From Paraspadella gotoi (lineage: Eukaryota; Animalia; Chaetognatha): a stretch of DNA of 64,000 nucleotides. Of this stretch, positions 56,636 to 64,000 are shown one piece after another. The stretch lies in contig CM119267.1 of the NCBI GenBank assembly GCA_051294375.1, forward strand, positions 7,854,683 through 7,918,682, read 5' to 3'. The notes under the pieces are model-generated. The model worked only from the letters and a program-made list of their open reading frames with translations. It was not told the DNA's origin and did no database searches. A program made the position numbers and the translations under genes. Each line of letters begins with the position of its first letter. Within the stretch, counting starts at the first letter, position 1.

Positions 56636-59264
56636 GGTCTCTCTCCCTATTCAATTATTAAAAAAAACTTCTTGATTTATTTATCACAAGCGGGGAATTC
56701 GCCATCGCTGGGTCGTGTTGCCGACATTTGCCGGTCGAGGCGGAAAAGTCGGGATTTTTCCGGCGCCGGGTTTCTCGAGATCGGTTCGCCCTCCGCCTTT
56801 GTCGCTTTCAGCAAAAACAATTTGAGATTTCAACAACAACATAATACAACAATCGTTGTCGAATCTCAAAGTTTGTTGTTGCCTAAAATGTATAATTAAA
56901 AAAAAAGAAACCTATCTCTTTAATTTTCGTTCCCCATACTTCTTCTCTCTTACCTCTCACAGATCTACCTCACGGTACTTTTCCGCCCCCTTTCGAAAAC
57001 CCGAGAAAATCCACTTCTCGATTCAAACCCTAAACCTCGTTTTCATTGTCACTCGTAATCCCCCTTTGGTTTTCAAACGGCCCCGCAGCTTCTTTGCGCT
57101 CTCGTGAGCGAGGACATACGTACGTGCGCTGCAATGCGAGGACTGTCAGCAGTGCGTTTCGCTTTTACAACGCGTACACCTCGGAAGGCTCTCTGGCCCA
57201 CCACGAAGTTTTTGCACGCCGCGGACGTGCAAAGCGAGCCGCCGGCACGCAAAGGCATCGCCCAAGGCGGCGCGGGGGCGCGTTTCCTGAGGCCAGTGTG
57301 ACGTGGGCAGGTTAGTAAAAAGACGCTTTCCTTCGCTGCCTGTCGAAGGGAGAAGAAGGTGGGCGGGGGCGGATCGAGAAGGGAAACGACGTTCGCACGC
57401 TTGAGTGGAGAGAGATGAGAGAGAGAGCACGAGAGAGATAGAGAGAGCAGAGAGCAGAGACGATGAGAGAGAGAGAGAAGTAGGAAGAAGAGAAGAGAGA
57501 GAGAGCTCGAAGCCGACGCGGGGGACAATATTTTGCGCTATGAATTTTGAACGCCAAGCGGAGGAAAGCTGAGGTGAGGTGAATACGCGGAGAAGAGAAG
57601 AGAAAAGGAGAAGAAGAGAGAAAAAGGTTGGAGGAGATTGATTTATAGAGATTAAAGAAAATAAAAATTGTATTTCTATATAATTAAGAACGATGTTCTT
57701 TAAAAACTTCAAAAGGCGATAAGTGAAGATGTATGTGAGCCTTTTAGATGATTTTATTTCATTAAACTAGACAATGAGATCAAGAAATTTTATTTATGTC
57801 TAATTAAACAGACAGGAAAGATTGTGTTGTTATACCCTAATTCGCAGAAGGCCTCTTTCTTTCGCGTCATAAAATTTAAAAATACATTATGTTATGTGTT
57901 GAGCTTAGGTTTACATTCATCTTTGATAACAGATATGTACGGTATATTATTTAAAAATTATTTCTATAGTCTAGTAACGTTTATCTACTTGAATATATTA
58001 TAGACCGAAACCTCTTCTTTATTCTAAAAAAAAATTAATAAATTAAAAAAAATTAATAATTAAAAAAGTAATCATCCTAACTTTTCATAGAATTATATCT
58101 GTGTCTGTCAAAAGGAATAGTTAAATATTAAATAATGAATCGAAAAGTTGAGGCTGTAGACTATGGAAGATCGTGAGAGTATTGAGTGAAGAATCAGGGA
58201 AGAGACAATTCGGATGACGACGACAGTTCGAATCAAAGCGAGGTGACGGTCAAAAAGGACAGAAAGTTGACTCGAGATCTCGAAAGAAGAATAATAAGAA
58301 TAAGAAGATGAAGAAGAAAAAGAATGAAAAAGGTGAATGAAAAGGGTAAAAGAAAGAATTATCGTCCGAATCTGAAAAAAAAAAGATTTACCAAAACCAA
58401 AATTAAATAATCTCTGCTTCATGATGGAGAAAATAAGAAAAGCCGCTTTCTTGAACGCAACTATTAATCGTAACAATCGAAAGAAAACCAACAAAAAAAA
58501 AACATGCTCGAAAGCTATTTTTATAAATCTTTTTTACTATACATTTTAACATTTACCCATCCTGCATCTCTTCCCGTTTTCCGCCAATATCCGCGTTACC
58601 CTCTTTTCCTTAACCTTTCCCTCCCCCCCGCTTCCTCTTCTCCCTCTCCCTCCCTCCCCCTCCCCCTTCGCTCCCTCACTCCTCTCTTCCCTCCTCCCTG
58701 CCCCCTTCCCCCCACAGTGACTCCCCTCGTCCGACCTTTGATTCCCATCCAATAAGTGATGCGAGCGGCGGATGATCAATTGCGGCCGCGTGGAATCGGT
58801 TACATCCTCCAGCCGCACGCTTTCTCTCGCATCCGGGGAGGCCAAATATCCGCGACCTCGGACCCAGATGCTCCTGTTTCGATGAGGCGCTGGCGAAGTC
58901 CCGTTCGCTTTAACACGAGTCACAGTAAATGGATAGAGTCTACGTCTATTGATAGAAATGTCTAAAAGGCCATTGGGTTCCGTGGAAACACAGGCTCAAC
59001 TTTTGCTTTTTCTTATTCTTTGGGGAAAAAAAAGGACATACTCATTTGTTTTAAAAGGCGTACAAAACGTTCCGTAGCCTTTTGAGCCATAAATCAAATT
59101 TAAATGGAAACTGCGTCAAAAAAAGACTTTAAACAAGATGAGCTGTTTTCTTTGTCGTAGGGACTTGCAGAAGGTTGCGATAAAAGAATGAAAGAAAGAA
59201 AACAAAAGAGAAAAAGAAAGAAAGAAAAGAAAGAAGAAAGAAGAAAGAAAGAAAGAAGAAAGAA

Positions 59265-59305
<41 letters not shown>

Positions 59306-60269
59306 GAGAAAGAAAAAAAACATACATTTTAAGCTTTTAAAAAAAAATTCTATAATCACCACCAAAAAAAAGTAGAATAGAGAAAAAAGGAAGGTGACGG
59401 AGGCGGCGCGTGCGGCGGCGGGTTGCGGCGGCGGCGGCCGCGCCGTCACCATGGCATCAGGAGATGCGCGCGAGCTTCACCGCCACGTGGTGAAAAAAGC
59501 GGCGCCTCGAGTGGCGCCCGATAAATCGGAAGAGAGAGAGAGAGGATAGGAGAGAGAGGAGAGAAGCGAGAGAGAGAGTAGAGAGGAGAGAGAGGAGAGA
59601 AGAAGAAAGAGAGAGAGGAAGAGAGAGATAGAGAGAGCGTGAGAGAGAAGAGTAGACAAGGTAAGCATGAATGCCGAAGCTGAGATGAAGATAAAGAGAA
59701 GGCGAATTCCAGGGGTGAACTGAAAAAATGTATGTACTAAACAAAACGAATAATAAAAAGAGAAAAAAGTTTGAAACTATTTGAAAGGTCAGAATTATAA
59801 ATAGATGAAAAACCGAGAGAGTCATTAAGAATTAAGAGTAAACTAAAAAGTTGGGATTGAAAAACTTGGTTTTTTCATCCGAACAAAAAGTCAAACCGGT
59901 TTTATCTGATTAGTTCGTGGGAGATTTGCGCGTGATGTTGGTCGCCGGTCACGACTGTGATCTTTGTACGAGATCCTCAACATGAACAACGGGACCACTT
60001 TCGTATTAACACGCGAAAAATGAGGTGAAAATCTCACCATTCAGAAGGGACGTGACGTTGAATTCCAGCTTCAACGAGTTAATAGCTAGAATCTTGCGCT
60101 ACAGAATTCCTAGGACCAAGTTTAAAAATTTTTTGAACTTGAAACAAAAGGCTACTTTGAGGGAAGGCATCTCCTTCTTTATCTATCTTTCAATGTTTCT
60201 CTTCTCTCTGTGCCTCTCTGTCTCTCTGTCTCTCTGTCTCTTTCTCTCTCCTCACTCTCTCTGTCTCTT

Positions 60270-60304
<35 letters not shown>

Positions 60305-60843
60305 CTCTCTCTCTCCTCTCTCTCTCTCTCCGGCTCACTCGTGCTTTTTCACGTGATAATAGCATCTCCCTCGTGAATCTTCTTCACCCACCTCGTCCCG
60401 CGATGCTCGTCGCAGTTGTTGCTTAGCGACGAGAGCAAACCGGAGGGGGTGAGTTTTGATGACGCGCTGAAAAGCCCCTCGCACGCGTGCGGGATATCGG
60501 AGGAGGGCCGTGAATGGCGTTTAGGCGCCAAGCGTGTGGAAAGGATTATGAGATGGAGGAAAAAATGGGTGAAGGAAAAATCGGGAGACGGAAGGGGGGA
60601 AGGGGAGGGTTGTTTGGCATAAAGGCAGGGGTGGTTGGTAGGGGGGGGGGGAAAAAAAAGAGTGAGTGGGGAATTGAGGCGGGTCGGGCTGGGGCAGAGT
60701 TGAATCAGAAAAGTTTCACAAAATGAGTTCTTTCAGTGGGGCGGAAATAGATTTCACAAAGCGGAAGGGAAAGAAGAGAGAAAATTGCGGTAAGAAAACT
60801 GGAAGAGATGAGAGATAAAAGAGGTGAGAAGGGGGGCGGATGC

Positions 60844-60892
<49 letters not shown>

Positions 60893-60972
60893 GGGGAAGG
60901 AAGTGCCGGATGGGTTATCTTGGGCTGACGGATATGCCGCAGGTGCTCGTCAAAGGAGCAGAGTACGCCGAA

Positions 60973-61036
<64 letters not shown>

Positions 61037-62108
61037 CAGAGAGAGATACCCGAGAAAGGATTATGGGTCAACTGAGGATTGCGGCTGAGGGAGCAAGAAG
61101 AAAAGAAGTTTTTTGGGCGCCGATCAAAAATGAATAAAAGATGAGGAGAGGATGACGAGGAGGATTAGGAGGAGAAAGAGGAGGAAGAGGAGGAAGAGGG
61201 GAAGAGGAGGAAAGAGGAGGAAGGGGGAGGAAGAGACGTGGTTGAGAAATATCGGGATTTAAATATCTCGTTTTAGGTGGAGGGGGGGAAAATGATTTCC
61301 GAAATGATGTATTCATTGGTTTGTTTAAACCGCCTAAATTTAAATGGCATAACTGAGAAAATATTGCATTCAAAATTCCGTCTTTTACTCTTTATAGTTT
61401 TAGGATTTCCTGAAGGCTGCAAACAACTATAGGGCAAATTATAAGCATAAGTGGACAGAACGACGGACAGACATACCGAGCGACCGACGACACCTACCGG
61501 ACCGACCGACAGACCGACCGAAAAAGTGACTTACAGAGTTGATCCGCGATGTACTCGCGGCGCTACTAAAAAATATCCTCTCGAGTGGAGAAATGAATTT
61601 TCGAAAACTGATGCTAAAAAAGCTGAACGACCAAAATGCAACACCAAAAAAGCCTTTGAAAGTTAAAAACGGTGATTGATTTTTAAGTTGTTTACTTTTT
61701 TAGTCGATATTATTTTTGGGTTCGCGTGACTCGGATGGATTTGGTTTGCGTGAATCGCCTGACTAAAATTAAAAAAAAAATCACTAATGGCATTAGAAAT
61801 GCGCTCGTCTTAAAAGTGAGAGAGAGGAGAGAGAGAGTGGGGAGAGTAAAAGTGTGGAGAGAGAGAGTGGGAGAGTAAAAGAGTGGGAGAGAGAGAGTGG
61901 GAGAGTAAAAGAGTGGGAGAGAGAGAGTGGGAGAGTAAAAGAGTGGGAGAGAGAGAGTGGGAGAGTAAAAGAGTGGGAGAGAGAGAGTGGGAGAGTAAAA
62001 GAGTACTTTCTTAACGAACCCCTTGCCCTTCCACCTTGCCCTTCCACCAAGGGCCTTGGTGGAAAACTATCAATTCTCCGTTTTTTGATCTTAGTGTGAA
62101 TTAGAACC

Positions 62109-62186
<78 letters not shown>

Positions 62187-62509
62187 GTCTCTCTCCCTAT
62201 TCAATTATTAAAAAAAACTTCTTGATTTATTTATCACAAGCGGGGAATTCGCCATCGCTGGGTCGTGTTGCCGACATTTGCGGTCGAGGGCGGAAAAGTC
62301 GGGATTTTTCCGGCGCCGGGTTTCTCGAGATCGGTTCGCCTCCGCCTTTGTCGCTTTGGCCTCCATTTAGCCTCCTAGTAATCCGCCGATGAATTTTGCA
62401 ACAATGTAAACATGTTTTGCTCAATAATACAAAAAGAAGAACGCGGGAGGAGAGAGAAAGAAGAGAGAGAGAGAGAGAGAGAGTGAATGAGAGAGAGAGA
62501 GAAGAGTGA

Positions 62510-62560
<51 letters not shown>

Positions 62561-64000
62561 GGGNNNNNNNNNNNNNNNNNNNNNNNNNAGAGAGAGAGAG
62601 AGAGAGACGAACAGGAGGTTGAACCGAGCTAAAAACTTGGATCTTCGGAAATCCGTGTTCATTCGGTTCCATGCATTTCTTAGATTGTTTGGCGCCGGAG
62701 ATATCAGAGACGGCGCCGGAAGCCTAATCAACAACGCCGGTCGCTCGACCCCCGGCGTCGCTAACTTGTATCGAATTGAGGCGGAAAAAGGTGATGGAGT
62801 CGATGCTGGAGAAGAAGGTGATGTTGAAGAGGCGGATGGAGAGAGAGAGAGAAAAAGGAATTGGACTGAGTTACGGATCGCGTCAGTTGAAAAAGGAAGT
62901 TGAGTCCACTCGCGTCATAAATATTAAATGATACAAGTTAGATAAGCGGATTAACTAAGACAGAGAGTGAGACGAAGACAGAGAGTGAGACGATCGAGAT
63001 GAATTGCTGATTAAGAAAAGAAAGAGATTTCGTCATTCGGCTTAAGCTCGAATTACGAGGCGAAAAAAAAAACGCAATGTACAGGAGAATATTTGGAATT
63101 TTGAAAGTATGAAACTTTGTTATGGCATGACGTTTTGTTCGCTTTACATATGTTTTACATTAAACTATTCACGCCTGCAAGAAAACCCTTCCAAGCCACA
63201 CCCGTCCCTACGATCTCCACTCCTCGCCGACTCTCGCTTAATTTATTGTTACAAATGAAGTCGGTTTTCTCTTCGGTTCCAAACTTGGATCTCGTCGCAT
63301 TAGTTCTATTCATTAGTCGAAACGAAAATGGCACCTGCCCGCACCTGCCCGCGCCGTGGCGAAACGGTATCGAAACGAGCCGCATCTGGAAAGGGGCAAG
63401 GTGGAGATGCGTGTTCGGCGTGAAAGGTGGAGGGGAAAGTAGGATTTCATTAACTTACCTATCCTCATTTCGATTTCATTAACTTACCTATCCTCATTTC
63501 GATGCTTTACAAAATATTTCGGAGGAGGCGGAGATGATAGCGGCGGCGACAGTAGTGGTAGCAGTGACGTTTCATACCCGTCATTTAAAATTGTTATCAG
63601 ATCCATGCTCCAATCTCTCATTTTCAGTTGTGTCATTGGAAAACCGAAAGTCTGACTTCGGGAGATTAACGGAAGAAACGTTTAACCAAATAAATTCGAC
63701 TCGGGTCTCTGAGATTATGAACCCCTTTAAATCCAAAGGACGCCGCATTGATATTCAATGCTCCATTTTATGAGGTTATAAAGAGGTTTCTCCGCCCACG
63801 TCCTCGCCACGCCCACGTCACTTCCGGTGGCGCTCTAGAATTTGAGACCGAATTTGTCTCCATTTTTTTTGGTGGCCCTTTCCTTTTTCGCCCTTCCTTT
63901 TTCGCCTTTCCTTTTCGTCTCGTGGGTTTTTTCGTTGTCGTCGTCGCCTTGTTTATAAACGAATACTTTGACCAATGCGACGCAATATCCTCAGCCAACG

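Overview
AT-rich, intron-rich invertebrate animal DNA (the POU4 linker looks protostome-like) with very frequent (AG)n microsatellites. Most ORFs in the supplied track are microsatellite or antisense noise, so genes were rebuilt by hand from splice sites. The window holds: (1) the 3' part of a gene encoding an ER/K single-alpha-helix protein (144-2072, +); (2) two tandem 12-exon paralogues (3518-7753 and 8355-11933, +), each predicted at 642 aa, resembling TEX45/SAXO5-type ciliary microtubule-inner proteins and ending in an alternating (C-x)n cysteine tail; (3) a class IV POU gene (Pou4/Brn3/acj6/unc-86) on the minus strand, core exons 16703-19316. Its missing N-terminus can be rebuilt from a 22-nt micro-exon (28643-28664) and a first exon (33776-34044). 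About half the window looks like assembly redundancy: a ~20 kb fold-back (12.7-32.6 kb) carrying an indel-riddled second Pou4 copy, and overlapping repeats of the same non-coding sequence from 38.4 kb to the end. Both are tied to gaps of exactly 25 N. Genuine repeats include a DINE-1/HINE-like element and a fold-back MITE-like element. No prokaryotic system, CRISPR array or RNA gene was found. The best novelty candidates are the Cys-tailed paralogue pair and the Pou4 micro-exon.
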